Origin: an uncultured Phycisphaerales bacterium
GTDB taxonomy: Bacteria; Planctomycetota; Phycisphaerae; Tepidisphaerales; Tepidisphaeraceae
Reading direction: 5' to 3'
Length of the DNA: 64,000 nucleotides
Assembly (NCBI GenBank): GCA_963755915.1
Contig: CAVWLP010000002.1
Span: forward strand, 4,000,001-4,064,000
Numbering within the stretch: the first letter of the stretch is position 1; each line of letters begins with the position of its first letter. The translations under genes were made by a program, and so were the position numbers. A model generated the notes under the pieces. That model was not told where the DNA came from, searched no databases, and worked only from the letters and a program-made list of their open reading frames with translations. Positions 52,508 to 63,121 of this stretch are shown here, in pieces.

Positions 52508-53740
52508 ATGACGGCGAAGCCGAGTCGAACGCGCAAGGAAGGCCAGGCAAAGACAGGATTAACGGCGAAACTGCCGCGGCGGTTTCCAAGCGTCGCCCTG
52601 CTGGTGGAAACGACGCGGTCCTACGGGCGGGATTTGTTGCGCGGCATCAATGATTACGCGCAAATCCGGGGTCCGTGGCTGTTTCATTTGCCGAACGACA
52701 TACCGATTCTGGGGATACCACCGGCGGACGAATGGCGGGGCGACGGGATCATCGCGCAGCCGAGGCAGAACAAGGAATTCGTCCGGCAATTGGTTGAAGT
52801 GGGGATTCCGGTGGTGACGCTGTCGGGTCCGCCGGGGACGGGCGGGCTGCCGGCCGTGCGGGGAAATCACAACGCGGTGGCGGACCTGGCAATGGCGCAT
52901 TTCCGCGACCGGGGATTCGTGCGCTTTGCATATTGCGGAGCGCCGAACGAATGGGATTGGCCCCCGACGGGGAAGAATTTTCAGCGTCTGGCCGAAGAGG
53001 TGGGGATGCAATGCGAGATTTACCATCCACGGGAAGATCCCGGGAGCCATACGCTGCAAATCGCTTCGCTTGGCGAGTGGCTGAAATCGCTGCGGAAGCC
53101 GGTGGGGCTGCTGGCGTCGAACGATAACCGGGCGCGGGAAGTTTTGGACGCGTGCAGATCGGAGGGGATTTTCGTGCCCGAAGAGGTGGCGGTGCTGGGC
53201 GTGAATGACGACGAATTGATTTGCGAGCTTGCCAACCCGCCGCTGTCGAGCGTGATCCATAATGCGCGGCGGATTGGGTACGAGGCGGCGGCGATGCTCG
53301 ACCAGCTTATGTCTGGCAAGACGGTGACGAACGATGTGATTATGGATCCGCTGGGCGTACATGCGAGAAAATCGACCGATTTGCTGGCGATCGAAGATCC
53401 GGAAGTCGCCAAAGCGGTGCGGTTTATCCGCGAGCATGCTTGCGACGGGATTCGCGTTGAGAATGTTCTGGAAGAAGTGGCGATGTCGCGGCGATCGTTT
53501 GAGAAGCGGTTCCGGCAGGCGCTGGGACGGCCGCCGCACATGGAGATTCGGCGGGTGCAGTTGGAAAGGGTGAGGCAACTGCTGGTGGGAAGCGATTTTA
53601 AGCTGCAAAAAATCGCGGAAGCGGCGGGATTTTCGTCGGCGCAATATCTGGCCGGGCTTTTTCATCAAACGATGGGGATGACGCCGGGGGCGTGGCGGCA
53701 GGCGGGGCGGTCGAGTGGGTCGAAGAGCGGCGAGAAATAA
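52508..53740 (+). CDS. XylR-type regulator (periplasmic-binding-protein fold + AraC HTH)
   Basis: VALLVETTRSYGRDLLRGI, VPEEVAVLGVNDD, PPLSSV, ARKSTD, SRRSFEKRF, GFSSAQY. Confidence 0.9.
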   Translation: MTAKPSRTRKEGQAKTGLTAKLPRRFPSVALLVETTRSYGRDLLRGINDYAQIRGPWLFHLPNDIPILGIPPADEWRGDGIIAQPRQNKEFVRQLVEVGIPVVTLSGPPGTGGLPAVRGNHNAVADLAMAHFRDRGFVRFAYCGAPNEWDWPPTGKNFQRLAEEVGMQCEIYHPREDPGSHTLQIASLGEWLKSLRKPVGLLASNDNRAREVLDACRSEGIFVPEEVAVLGVNDDELICELANPPLSSVIHNARRIGYEAAAMLDQLMSGKTVTNDVIMDPLGVHARKSTDLLAIEDPEVAKAVRFIREHACDGIRVENVLEEVAMSRRSFEKRFRQALGRPPHMEIRRVQLERVRQLLVGSDFKLQKIAEAAGFSSAQYLAGLFHQTMGMTPGAWRQAGRSSGSKSGEK

Positions 53741-53766
53741 AACGAAATGGGCCATAGAGCAGACTG

Positions 53767-55794
53767 ATGCTAGATCTGGATGAATCCCCCGTATCGATTG
53801 AAGAGCAGAAACCCGCCGTCACGCTGCGCAGCGTGTTGCTGGGGTTGATCGCGGTGGTGGTGGTATGCGCGGTCACCCCGTTCAACGATTACGTGCTTTC
53901 GAATACCAGCCTGAGCGCGGGGTTTATGCCGCTGGGGATGGTGCTGATTCTGTTTGTGCTGGTGGTGGGGATAAACGGGACGCTGCACCGCTGGTTTCCG
54001 CGGCGGGCGCTGGGTACGGGAGAACTGGCGATCATCGTGCTGATGACGCTGGTCGCGTGCAGTTTGCCGAATTGGGGAATGATGCGGTTTCTGGTGCCGA
54101 TGCCGGTGACGGCGTTTCACATGGGTGCGCGGGACGAGCTTTTCTGGAACGCGTTTACGGGGATGAATCTGCCGAAATGGTTGTTTCCGGTGGCGGACAT
54201 CCAAAGCGGGCGTACGAGTCCGATCGTTCAGTGGTTCTTTAATCGGGTGCCGGCGGGGTCGGCGATTCCGTATCGGGCGTGGTTGATTCCGCTGGCGGGG
54301 TGGGGTGTGTTTGCGGGGGCGATGATGTTGACGCTGGGATCGCTGGCGCGGCTGGTGCTCGACCAGTGGGCCCTGAATGAACGATTGCCGTTTCCGATCG
54401 CCCAGGTGCAGACGGCGCTGATCGAGGCTCCCGAACCGGGATTTGCGCTCAACAGGCTGTTTCGCGATCCCGTCCTCTGGATCGGGCTGTGCGGGGTGCT
54501 CGGGATTCAACTGCTTTCGATCCTCAACACTTATTTTCCCAGGCATGTTCCGGTGGTGTCGCTGAAGTTTGACCTCAGCGGGATTCTGTCGGAAGAGCCG
54601 TTTATTTATTTACGGCCGCGGCTGAAAAAATCGTTCCTGTCGTTCACGGTGGTGGGAATGACGTATTTTATCCGGTCGCGGGCGGCGTTCAGCTTGTGGG
54701 CGACGTTTGTGGTGCTGAACCTCATCGATATGGAACAGGGGATGAGACAGGCGGATATTTCGCCGGCGGCTTACGCGGACCAGCATCTGGGCGCGTGCGT
54801 GGCGTTCGTTCTGGGGATCGCATGGGTGGGCAGGCATTACTGGCTGCGCGTGCTGCGAAATGCGTTTGGCGGCGGGGGTAATCGGGGGGGTGATCGAAGC
54901 GGGCGGGCTTCGTTCTGGCTGGCGTGTATTGGGATTGCAACGATGCTGGGGTGGTTGTCGATTGTGGGGACGCATTTTTTTATGGCAGTGATGATCGTTG
55001 GTTTTATTGTCATGGGGCAATTGGTTGTGGCCCGGGTGGTGGCGGAGACGGGGATGACGTTTTTCCGGACCAGCGCGGTATCGTCGCAGATTTACACGAA
55101 TACGCCGGCCAAGTGGTATAACACGAACGACATTTATTTTGGGGGCGTTTTCACGCTGCTTGGGGCTTATGCGACGCGCGAGGGGCTGACGACGTTGGCG
55201 ACGACCGGTCTTGTGGTCTGCAAGAACGCGGGCGTGGGGGTGCGAAATCCACGGCGGATTGGGTGGGTGATTGCGCTGGCGCTGGGGGTGGGGTTTGCGG
55301 TGGCGGCTTGTACCACGCTCTGGTGCCAGTATTCGTATCCGACGCCGGCGGCGCAAACGGCGATACCGCAGCGGAATTATTTTGGGGCCGAGGCGTTTCC
55401 GCAGCGGGAGATTGGGGCGGGGGTCGATCAGTTCGGCAAGGGGCGTTTCGCGCCGAAGGAATATAATTCGCCGCTGCATATGGGGATTGGGTTTGGGGTG
55501 ACGGCGCTGCTGGAGGGGGCATCACTGCGATGGGCGAGTTGGCCGTTTTTGCCGGTGGGGTTTGTGGCGAGCTATGGGACGCCCATTGGGGATGCTTGGT
55601 TCAGCATTTTCGTGGGTTGGCTGGCGCAGTTGCTGATCGTGCGTTTCGGCGGTGCCCGCTTCTATCAACGGGCGAAGCCATTTTTCATTGGACTTATTTT
55701 TGGGGAGGGTTTGGCGGCGGGAATCTGGATCATCGTGAATGCTTTGATTGTGCTCAACGGCGGGGCGTCGCAAAGCGTGAAGTTTATTATGTAG
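53767..55794 (+). CDS. DUF6785/DUF6784 family multipass membrane protein (OPT-related)
   Basis: VTLRSVLLG, QWALNERLPFPIAQV, ARVVAETG, KPFFIGLIFGE; many TM segments. Confidence 0.75.
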   Translation: MLDLDESPVSIEEQKPAVTLRSVLLGLIAVVVVCAVTPFNDYVLSNTSLSAGFMPLGMVLILFVLVVGINGTLHRWFPRRALGTGELAIIVLMTLVACSLPNWGMMRFLVPMPVTAFHMGARDELFWNAFTGMNLPKWLFPVADIQSGRTSPIVQWFFNRVPAGSAIPYRAWLIPLAGWGVFAGAMMLTLGSLARLVLDQWALNERLPFPIAQVQTALIEAPEPGFALNRLFRDPVLWIGLCGVLGIQLLSILNTYFPRHVPVVSLKFDLSGILSEEPFIYLRPRLKKSFLSFTVVGMTYFIRSRAAFSLWATFVVLNLIDMEQGMRQADISPAAYADQHLGACVAFVLGIAWVGRHYWLRVLRNAFGGGGNRGGDRSGRASFWLACIGIATMLGWLSIVGTHFFMAVMIVGFIVMGQLVVARVVAETGMTFFRTSAVSSQIYTNTPAKWYNTNDIYFGGVFTLLGAYATREGLTTLATTGLVVCKNAGVGVRNPRRIGWVIALALGVGFAVAACTTLWCQYSYPTPAAQTAIPQRNYFGAEAFPQREIGAGVDQFGKGRFAPKEYNSPLHMGIGFGVTALLEGASLRWASWPFLPVGFVASYGTPIGDAWFSIFVGWLAQLLIVRFGGARFYQRAKPFFIGLIFGEGLAAGIWIIVNALIVLNGGASQSVKFIM

Positions 55795-56776
55795 AGCGAA
55801 GGTCGGCGCTGGTGGCGAGGGCAATGGCGCGGCCGCGATTTCCGACCGCGCAGTAGAAGTGATAGACAATCCCCTTCCAATGGACGAGCCAGGGTTTATG
55901 AGCGAAGGTGGCGTCCCACGGCTCCGACGGCTCGACGAGATGGGGGCCATGCCATCGGGTCCAGTTCACCAGATCGTGGGAGCAGGCGAACGTGTCGAAA
56001 GCTTTGGGCTTCCAGACATGGCCGAAATAGAACATGACCCAGAGGTCGCCGATGCGGACGACCTGGGGATCGCCGGAGATTCCGCGTGGGCCGTTGTCGA
56101 TGACGGGGCCGGGGCCGTGGCGCTTCCAGTGGGTCATGTCGTCGGAGAGGGCCATGCCGATGCGCTCCGTGCCGGGTCCCTGCTGTTTTGCGTTGTAGAA
56201 CATCACGAAAGGGGAGCCCAGGGATTTGGAGGGGTCCTGGATGATGTTGCTTTTGTAGAGGGTGGCTTTTTCGAAGGGGCGGGCGTCGGGATCGCCGGGG
56301 CCGAGGACGGGGTTATTGCTTAAGCGCGTGCATTCCTGCGCCGCCGAGGGATCTTGCGTCCAGGCGATGCCGATGGAGAGGGGATCGGGTTCATAGCCTG
56401 GCAGAGCGCCGCCGATGTAACTGAGCCAATATCTGCCGTCGAATTGGTGTAGAGCATGGTCGCCGTCCCATTGAACATCGGCCAGGGCGATGCCGCCGTC
56501 GGCCTGGCAATGGTCCCAGCCGTCCTCGCGGAAGGAGAGGATTTTTCCCAGCGGCTGCCAATTCAGGAGATTGTCGCTGACGGCAAGGTGGGTCTCGTAG
56601 CCGATTTTGTCGGTGTTGGCGACGTAAACCATAAACCAGCGGTTTTCAAAACGAAAAACGCTGGGGCAGTCGTAGAGGGATCCTTGCGGGGGCTGGAGGA
56701 CGATTCCATATTTGAACGGGGTTTTTGTTTGATCGTATATGACCTGCATCAAATCGGGGGCGACTTCGTTTTGCAT
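55787..56776 (-). CDS. GH137-like beta-L-arabinofuranosidase (5-bladed propeller)
   Basis: KTPFKYG..DCPSVFR..GYETH..YKS..PFVMFYNA..ERIG..GD..VMFYF..AHK..VYHFYCAV; matches the BT0996 N-terminal domain as recalled. Confidence 0.8.
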   Translation of the reverse strand: MQNEVAPDLMQVIYDQTKTPFKYGIVLQPPQGSLYDCPSVFRFENRWFMVYVANTDKIGYETHLAVSDNLLNWQPLGKILSFREDGWDHCQADGGIALADVQWDGDHALHQFDGRYWLSYIGGALPGYEPDPLSIGIAWTQDPSAAQECTRLSNNPVLGPGDPDARPFEKATLYKSNIIQDPSKSLGSPFVMFYNAKQQGPGTERIGMALSDDMTHWKRHGPGPVIDNGPRGISGDPQVVRIGDLWVMFYFGHVWKPKAFDTFACSHDLVNWTRWHGPHLVEPSEPWDATFAHKPWLVHWKGIVYHFYCAVGNRGRAIALATSADLRST

Positions 56777-56788
56777 GGGTGAGCCTTC

Positions 56789-58825
56789 TTACAGCTTTTT
56801 ATCGAGCGCCGGAGTTCGCGCCGGTTCGTCGGCTAGATTGTGATGAGCGATGACGCGGCCGTCGTCGCGGCTGTCGCGGCGGACGTCTCGCAGCGCGGTG
56901 AAAAACAAACGCATGTCGCGAATTCCGCCGAAGGTGAACCAGACCAGGGTTACGAGCGATACGCCAAAGGGAACGACGATCGCGAGGATCAGCCAGTAGT
57001 CGGCCCACCAGCGCGCGGGCCACCAATGCCAGAGAAAATTCCAGGCCATGATCACGAGGTTGACGGCGACCAATGCCATCGCCCACCAGAATATGGAACT
57101 GGAAAGAATCTTGTCGCCAAGGGTGAAGTTTTCATCGAAGCGAAAGACGCTGCCCAGGCGGAAGCGCTCACGGAGGGGCCTGGTTTTCGGCGCTTCGCCC
57201 GAAACGGCGTATTGGCCGCGGTGGAGCATTCGGTCGAGATTGAATCCGTCGCGGCAGGTAATCAGGGAGACGATCACGTAAACCGAGGCGGCGACGACTT
57301 GGGCGATGAAGCTGGAGACCTGGTAGTTAAACCAGAACTTGTCGGGGAGGTGGATCCCGAGATGAATGAGGGGCGGGCGGAGGATCCGCAACATTGCCGG
57401 CCAGAAGCTGCCGAAGAGAATGCCGAGGAGGCAGAGGACTGAGCCTGAAATCGCGGCGGCCCAGGCGGCGGAGGCGGTTCCTTTTTTCCAGTAGAGTCCA
57501 CCGATGATCGCCGCGCCGGCGCCTGCTGAAAAGACCGCGCCGGTGAGCAGCCACCAGAGGAAGATATATTCCGTCTGCGGGAAAAACGTGCTGAAGACAA
57601 AGGCGAAGCAGGCGACGCCGATGATCGCGGCGCGGATTGCCCAGATGTGCGCGCGGCGACAGGGCCTCCTTTCTGAGCGGTAAGATGAAATCCTGCACGA
57701 GAATGCTGCCCCAGGAGTGCAGATGGCCGCCGTCGGAGGAGAGCAGGCCCATTACCATGAGGCGCAGAAGAGGCCCTTGATTCCGGTTGGGAGCAGGAAT
57801 CGCAGGGAAATGGGGACTGTCAACTGCTGCTGGAGATAACCGGCGTCAACGGAGTTGATAGCATTTTGGATGGGCACAGCCTGCTTAGCGAACGCCGGAT
57901 CGCGCAGATAGGTGATGGCGCAGATGCTGAGCACCAGGATCATGAGGGTGCCGGCGTAGCCGCGCCATTCGCCCAGGACATTAGCCATGCGCGATTCGTG
58001 GGCGGTTCGGGCGGCGCTGTTGAAACCCTGGCGCTGCTGGAAGGTCATGGTTCCGTAGATGCGCGTGAAGGTGCCCATGAGGATGAACCAGAGGTTGAAA
58101 TCCTGTACCTTGGAAGCGTCGAAGGGATTCAGGGGGGAATGGCCCGCGGGGGCTGCGGCCATCATATCGACGATGCGATGCCAGCGGACGATATAAAGCA
58201 CCACGATGGCGATGATGATGTAGATAAGCTGCGAAAAGATTCCCTCGAGGCAGCAGGCGATCATGATCGTCGCCTGGCCGCCGATGAGAACGATGGTAAC
58301 GGTGCAGGCGAGATAGATGAGCATGATGAGGGAAAAAGTGGAGATGTGGATCGGGCCGATCTCGGCTGTGGGGGGCAGATCGAGGAAGTAGATGAAGAAG
58401 CGGGCATTGATTGCCGGGAAGACGCCGTAGTTGAGGATTCCGCCGATGAAGGCGAGCATTCCCATGAAGAGGCGGAAACCGCGGGTGTAGCGGATTTCGA
58501 GGAATTGCGCCAGCGTGAGGGCGCGGGTTTCGCGAAAACGGTAGTAGACGAAACCGGAGATGGCGATGGCCAGGACGACCGGATAGGTGAGGTTATTCCA
58601 ATAGCTGAGGACGAAGCCGGAGACGAGAAAGATTTCGAAGCGGGACATTGTGCTGGCGAGGCCGGAATCGGCTTCGCCCTTGGCATTGGCGAGGAGGTAT
58701 CGTCCGGCGCAGCGCCCGCCGGAGAGGAAATCGGCGACGCCTTTGACAAATTGGTTGGTGTAGAGCGCGAACGCGAAAATCACGAGCAGGGGGACGAAGA
58801 CGAAAATCCAGTCGATGAGATGCAT
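56789..58825 (-). CDS. Sodium:solute symporter (SSS) family (multiple frameshifts)
   Basis: MHLIDW, DFLSGGRCAGRYL, YRFRETRALTLAQFLEIRY, HSWGSILVQD, FNLDRMLHRGQY. Confidence 0.85.
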
Positions 58826-58939
58826 TCAGGCGGTTGAAGAGTAACGGGCTGTCACGGCCGCACATATTACGATATCGCGCATTTGTTTTGCAGGAAGACG
58901 CTGTGGGAAGCCCTGTGTAAATTTTGATCGCGGCATTGA

Positions 58940-58975
58940 AATTCGAATTCCCCACGGCGGCGCCGTGGGCGTTCC
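58940..58975. repeat. REP-like palindrome family A
   Basis: aattcgaattccccacggcggcgccgtgggcgttcc. Confidence 0.8.
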
Positions 58976-58979
58976 CAGA

Positions 58980-60725
58980 TCATGGTGACCCACGATTGCC
59001 AGAGGCTTGATCGGGGCCAGCTGGAATGATGCTGAGGTTGGAAATACGGAAGGAGAATCTGCGGGCGGGGTGGTCGGTACCGGGTGGAACGGGTTTGGCG
59101 CCGCCGATGCCGCGCCAGGTCCCGGTGCGGAAGGAAAGGCGGTGCAGGGGGGCGGGGGATTCGGCGAAGGGGGCATCGGGCAGGATGGTGGCGCCGTTGA
59201 TTGAAACCGAGAAACGGCCGCGATCGGCGTCGGCCTCGATTTGAAAATGGGCGAACTTTGCGCCGAGGAGTGAGGGGTTGATGTTTCCGTCATTGGCGAT
59301 TCTGAGCCGGACCAATCGTCGGGAACCAAACTTGCTGAGCAGATCGATTTCGAGGGCGCCGTCGTCAGTGCGATCAATTTCAAGATCGAAAGTGACGGTG
59401 ATTCTTGCCGACTCGGCAAACACGCGGGTCGCCTGGGCGTAGTCGTAAGGATCTTCATTCGTCAGTCGCAGGACGCCTGCGGCGATTTCGACGGAGGACC
59501 AGTTTGGCCGGTAGATATTCCAGCCGGGAATAAATGGGCCCGGGGGGAAGCTGCTGAAATCGTCGTTGACGGTTGCCGTTTCCTGGGAGTTTAGGGGCAG
59601 AGGAACCCGGCTTACCCAGATGTCCTCCTTATTCATGCTGTAGGTCAGCCACATCGCGTTGTCATTGCGCGAGCCGTCGTCGGCCCAGTGTGAAATGCCG
59701 CGGACGTATTGGGGGCCGATGCTGCGGTGCAGGCCGGCGTAGCGCTGGATGGGGAGTTCGCCCTGGATGATGCGCATGTCGGCGAAGTTGACGCCGTCGG
59801 AGCTGGTGACGGCTACAAGGGGGTATCGGCTCGATTTCGACGGGTTAAAGACCAACACGTAGCGGCCGTCGCGGGTGCGCTGGGACCAGACTTTGGCTTT
59901 GCCGGTGATGAGCGACGCCGGGACGCTGGGCTGCGACCAGGTTTTTCCGTCGTCCGTGGAGGCCGTGACCCAGCCCATCTTGCTGATGCCGACCCAGGCG
60001 TTGTCGGCGCGGCGGAAGAAGGAGAAGGCTTTGCCGCAGACCCATTTTTCGTTTTCGCCCGGGACCGCGCCACCGGGCCAGGCGGCGGGGTCGTGCCACT
60101 TCATGCGGCGTGGGCCTAGCAAGCGGCCGCGATCCTGTTGTTCTAAGAACATGCGGTCGGCCAGAAGTTCCCGGCAGGCTTGTTTGAAGGCGTCGTCGCT
60201 GGAGGTGTCGAAGCGCGGGGCGGGCAGTTTGATGGACTGCGAGGCCTGGAGGGTGAAGACGTCGGCGAGGGAATGATCGGGCCGGATTTCGCGGACGACC
60301 AGGGCGCTTTTGCGGTCTTCGCTGGTTTCCTGCTGGTCCGTGCGCAGGCCGGCGATTGCCAGCATGCGGTCGTTGGATGCGCGGTAGAAATACATGCGCA
60401 GGCAGGTCGAGATGCCCTGGGGAAAAAGTTCCACTGGGTCGGTCCAGCCGGAGCCGTCCGTGGAGGTGCTATATAGTTCACGCGAAGGCCAGACATCTTC
60501 ATCGCGCTGGCAGGAGTTCCACCCGACGTAGAGGCGGCCTTTCCAGCAGGCCATGTCGACGTGATGGTGATAGGTCCAGCCGAGTTGGTCGGTTAGGTCG
60601 GGAACGTCGGAGGAGGCGCGGAAGATCTGGAAGGAATGGACGCCGGGCATTGGGGGAAGGCCGCCGTCGGGGAGGGTTGGATTGAGGAGCGATTGCTCGC
60701 GGCCGTGAATCTGCAGAACGTCCAT
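58980..60725 (-). CDS. GH143-like DHA (3-deoxy-D-lyxo-heptulosaric acid) hydrolase
   Basis: GWTYHH, VVREI, AKVWSQRT.DG, RYPL, GPQYVRGI, YSMNKEDIWVSRVP, WNIY, DPYDYA, FRTG; matches the BT1020 N-terminal domain as recalled. Confidence 0.8.
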   Translation of the reverse strand: MDVLQIHGREQSLLNPTLPDGGLPPMPGVHSFQIFRASSDVPDLTDQLGWTYHHHVDMACWKGRLYVGWNSCQRDEDVWPSRELYSTSTDGSGWTDPVELFPQGISTCLRMYFYRASNDRMLAIAGLRTDQQETSEDRKSALVVREIRPDHSLADVFTLQASQSIKLPAPRFDTSSDDAFKQACRELLADRMFLEQQDRGRLLGPRRMKWHDPAAWPGGAVPGENEKWVCGKAFSFFRRADNAWVGISKMGWVTASTDDGKTWSQPSVPASLITGKAKVWSQRTRDGRYVLVFNPSKSSRYPLVAVTSSDGVNFADMRIIQGELPIQRYAGLHRSIGPQYVRGISHWADDGSRNDNAMWLTYSMNKEDIWVSRVPLPLNSQETATVNDDFSSFPPGPFIPGWNIYRPNWSSVEIAAGVLRLTNEDPYDYAQATRVFAESARITVTFDLEIDRTDDGALEIDLLSKFGSRRLVRLRIANDGNINPSLLGAKFAHFQIEADADRGRFSVSINGATILPDAPFAESPAPLHRLSFRTGTWRGIGGAKPVPPGTDHPARRFSFRISNLSIIPAGPDQASGNRGSP

Positions 60726-60728
60726 GGT

Positions 60729-63113
60729 TTATCCCTGAAGATGAAGCTGGCCGTCAATTTTGTAGGAATTGCCGGGGGTGGTTTGCAGCGACAGTTCATG
60801 CCCGGCGCTGCGAATCAGGCAGGGGGTTCCGAACTTTGAGCGGACGACGGCCGAAACAAGTTTTCCATCGCTCCAGGTCATATCAACTTCAAAACCTCCG
60901 CGGGCACAAAGCCCGGTGACGGAACCGGAAGGCCAGGCCTTGGGCAGGGCCGGAAGGAGGTCGATTTGAATGACATTCGGCTGGCCGGGGGGGTGCAGGT
61001 GGCTTTGGATAAGCATTTCGGCGATGCCGGCGGTGGCGCCGAAATTTCCGTCGACCTGGAAGGGGCCGCACTTGTCGAATAAATCGGAGAATGTTCGCTT
61101 GGCCAACTGAAGCGAGAGCTGGCGATAGGACATCTCGCCGTCATCGACGCGCGCCCAGAGGGGAATTCGCCAGGCGTAGGACCAGCCGGTGCTGCCGTCG
61201 CCGCGCCATTTTAAAAGGACCTTGGCGGCATCAAGAACGGTGGAATTTTCCGGCGTAAATTCGGAGCCTGGATAGAGGCCCCACAGGGGGGACATGTGGC
61301 GATGATTGTTGTTGGGCTTGTCGATGTCGTCCTGCCATTCCTGGAGCTGGCCATATTTGCCGATTTTGTCGGGGGCTAATTTCTCGCGAATGGATGCGAG
61401 TTGCTCGGCGAAGTCTTGATCGACGTTCAAAATATTTGAAGCTGCGATGGTGGAACCGAACAGGGCGCGGATCAACTGCATGTCCATCGCGGGGCCGGCG
61501 CAAAGGGTGCCTTCTTCGGGTGAAAACGATGGGCAGGTGACGAGGTAGCCGGTGGTCGGGTCTTTCACGAGTGAATCGACAAAAAACAGGGCGGCGCCCT
61601 TCATGGATGGATAAGCCACGGTTGCGAGGAATTTGGCGTCGCCGGTGAAGAGATAGTGTTGCCAGAGATGGCTGCAAAGCCAGGCGCCGCCGGTGGGCCA
61701 GATTCCGTCGATGTTGTTGATGGGGGCGGCGCCGCGCCAGATGTCGGTGTTGTGGTGAACGACCCAGCCGCGGGCGTGATAGAGATCGTGGGCGGTGCGG
61801 GCGCCGCTGATGGATAGATCGTTGATCATGTCGAAAAGCGGGCTCGCGCACTCGCTTAGGTTGGTCACTTCCGCGGGCCAGTAATTCATCTCGACGTTGA
61901 TGTTGGTGGTGTACTTGCTTTCCCATGGGGGATTGAGCAGTTCGTTCCAGACGCCTTGCAGATTCGCCGGCTGGGTTCCCGGGCGGCTGCTGGAAATGAG
62001 CATGTAGCGGCCAAACTGGAAGAAGAGTGCCGCCAGGGCGGGGTCGCGATCCAGCCCGGAGCTGCCGAGATGCTCGGGGGCTGGCGCATCCTTGGATTCG
62101 TTGCCGGTGTCGGCGGAAGCAACGACGCGCTTCAGGCGCTGATCGGTTGGGAGGTCGGCGATATCCGTATGACCAAGATCGAACGTGACACGGTCGAACA
62201 GCGACCTGAAGTCCGCGACGTGAGCGTCGCGCAGACTTTCGTACGATCTGCCCTGAAGTTTGGCGAGCATCTCATCGCAACGCTGCGCGGGATCGGCGCT
62301 GATGTCCTGGAAATTCCTGAAGCTGGTCGCGGCCACGAGTAAAAGTGTCGCGGTATCGGCGTTTTGAATGAGAATGCTGTTTCCCGCGACGGTGAGGCGG
62401 CCGCCGGTGTTTATCACCCGCAGGCGAGACTCGAAGCGCAGGCCCAATTCGAAGGGGGCTACGAGGTCGCGAACTTGGCCGGTCATTTTCAGCGTGCCTG
62501 GGGAGATGGCCGTCGTTTGGGAGATCTTGTGGGGGCTATCCATCGTCGCCGTGAAATTCAGGGTTCCGGGCTGGTTGGTGGAGAGATGAATGACGATGAC
62601 GTTGTCGGGATAGCTGGCGAAAACCGCGCGTTGAAAAAAAATGCCCGCGGCGCGATAGGAGGTGCGGGCGATGGCGGTATCGAGATCGAGTTGGCGGCGA
62701 TAGCCGGTGACTGCGGTCTGGCCCGGGAAATGCAGGTGAATATCGCCGAAGGGTTGATAGGCTTTTTGGCGGACGGGATCGCTGAGGAATTTCTTGCGGG
62801 CCAGGTCGGCGGCCTCGTTGACCTTGCCGGTGAAGACCAGTTGGCGAATCTCGGGAAGCACGTCGCCTGCGCCGGCGCGGTCGTAATTGTGGGGCTGGCC
62901 GGTCCAGAGGGTGTCTTCGTTGAACTGGATTCGTTCATCGGGGACGCCGCCGAAGACCATTGCGCCGAGGCGTCCGCTGCCGATGGGGAGGGCATCTTCC
63001 CAGGCGACGGCGGGCTGCTGATACCAGAGAGAGAGCGAATCACAGGAAGCGGCAAACAGCGGGGCCGTGGCCAGCAGGAAAACGATCGCGGCAAAGTGGA
63101 GGCTTCTGCTCAT
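60729..63113 (-). CDS. GH95 alpha-L-fucosidase/alpha-L-galactosidase
   Basis: ALPIGSGRLGAM, FNEDTLW, GRYMLISSSR, NINVEMNYW, HHNTDIW, HRHMSPL, FQVDGNFG. Confidence 0.92.
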   Translation of the reverse strand: MSRSLHFAAIVFLLATAPLFAASCDSLSLWYQQPAVAWEDALPIGSGRLGAMVFGGVPDERIQFNEDTLWTGQPHNYDRAGAGDVLPEIRQLVFTGKVNEAADLARKKFLSDPVRQKAYQPFGDIHLHFPGQTAVTGYRRQLDLDTAIARTSYRAAGIFFQRAVFASYPDNVIVIHLSTNQPGTLNFTATMDSPHKISQTTAISPGTLKMTGQVRDLVAPFELGLRFESRLRVINTGGRLTVAGNSILIQNADTATLLLVAATSFRNFQDISADPAQRCDEMLAKLQGRSYESLRDAHVADFRSLFDRVTFDLGHTDIADLPTDQRLKRVVASADTGNESKDAPAPEHLGSSGLDRDPALAALFFQFGRYMLISSSRPGTQPANLQGVWNELLNPPWESKYTTNINVEMNYWPAEVTNLSECASPLFDMINDLSISGARTAHDLYHARGWVVHHNTDIWRGAAPINNIDGIWPTGGAWLCSHLWQHYLFTGDAKFLATVAYPSMKGAALFFVDSLVKDPTTGYLVTCPSFSPEEGTLCAGPAMDMQLIRALFGSTIAASNILNVDQDFAEQLASIREKLAPDKIGKYGQLQEWQDDIDKPNNNHRHMSPLWGLYPGSEFTPENSTVLDAAKVLLKWRGDGSTGWSYAWRIPLWARVDDGEMSYRQLSLQLAKRTFSDLFDKCGPFQVDGNFGATAGIAEMLIQSHLHPPGQPNVIQIDLLPALPKAWPSGSVTGLCARGGFEVDMTWSDGKLVSAVVRSKFGTPCLIRSAGHELSLQTTPGNSYKIDGQLHLQG

Positions 63114-63121
63114 GGACCCTT

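Noticed and set aside
3011-58825. Mass pseudogenisation or programmed frameshifting (about 16 split genes)
   Set aside because: The breaks are single-base indels, often in G/C runs. They hit conserved genes (hemW, pilT) as well as accessory ones, and I saw no decay of motifs. Long-read consensus error is the simplest explanation; polishing or a read pileup would settle it.
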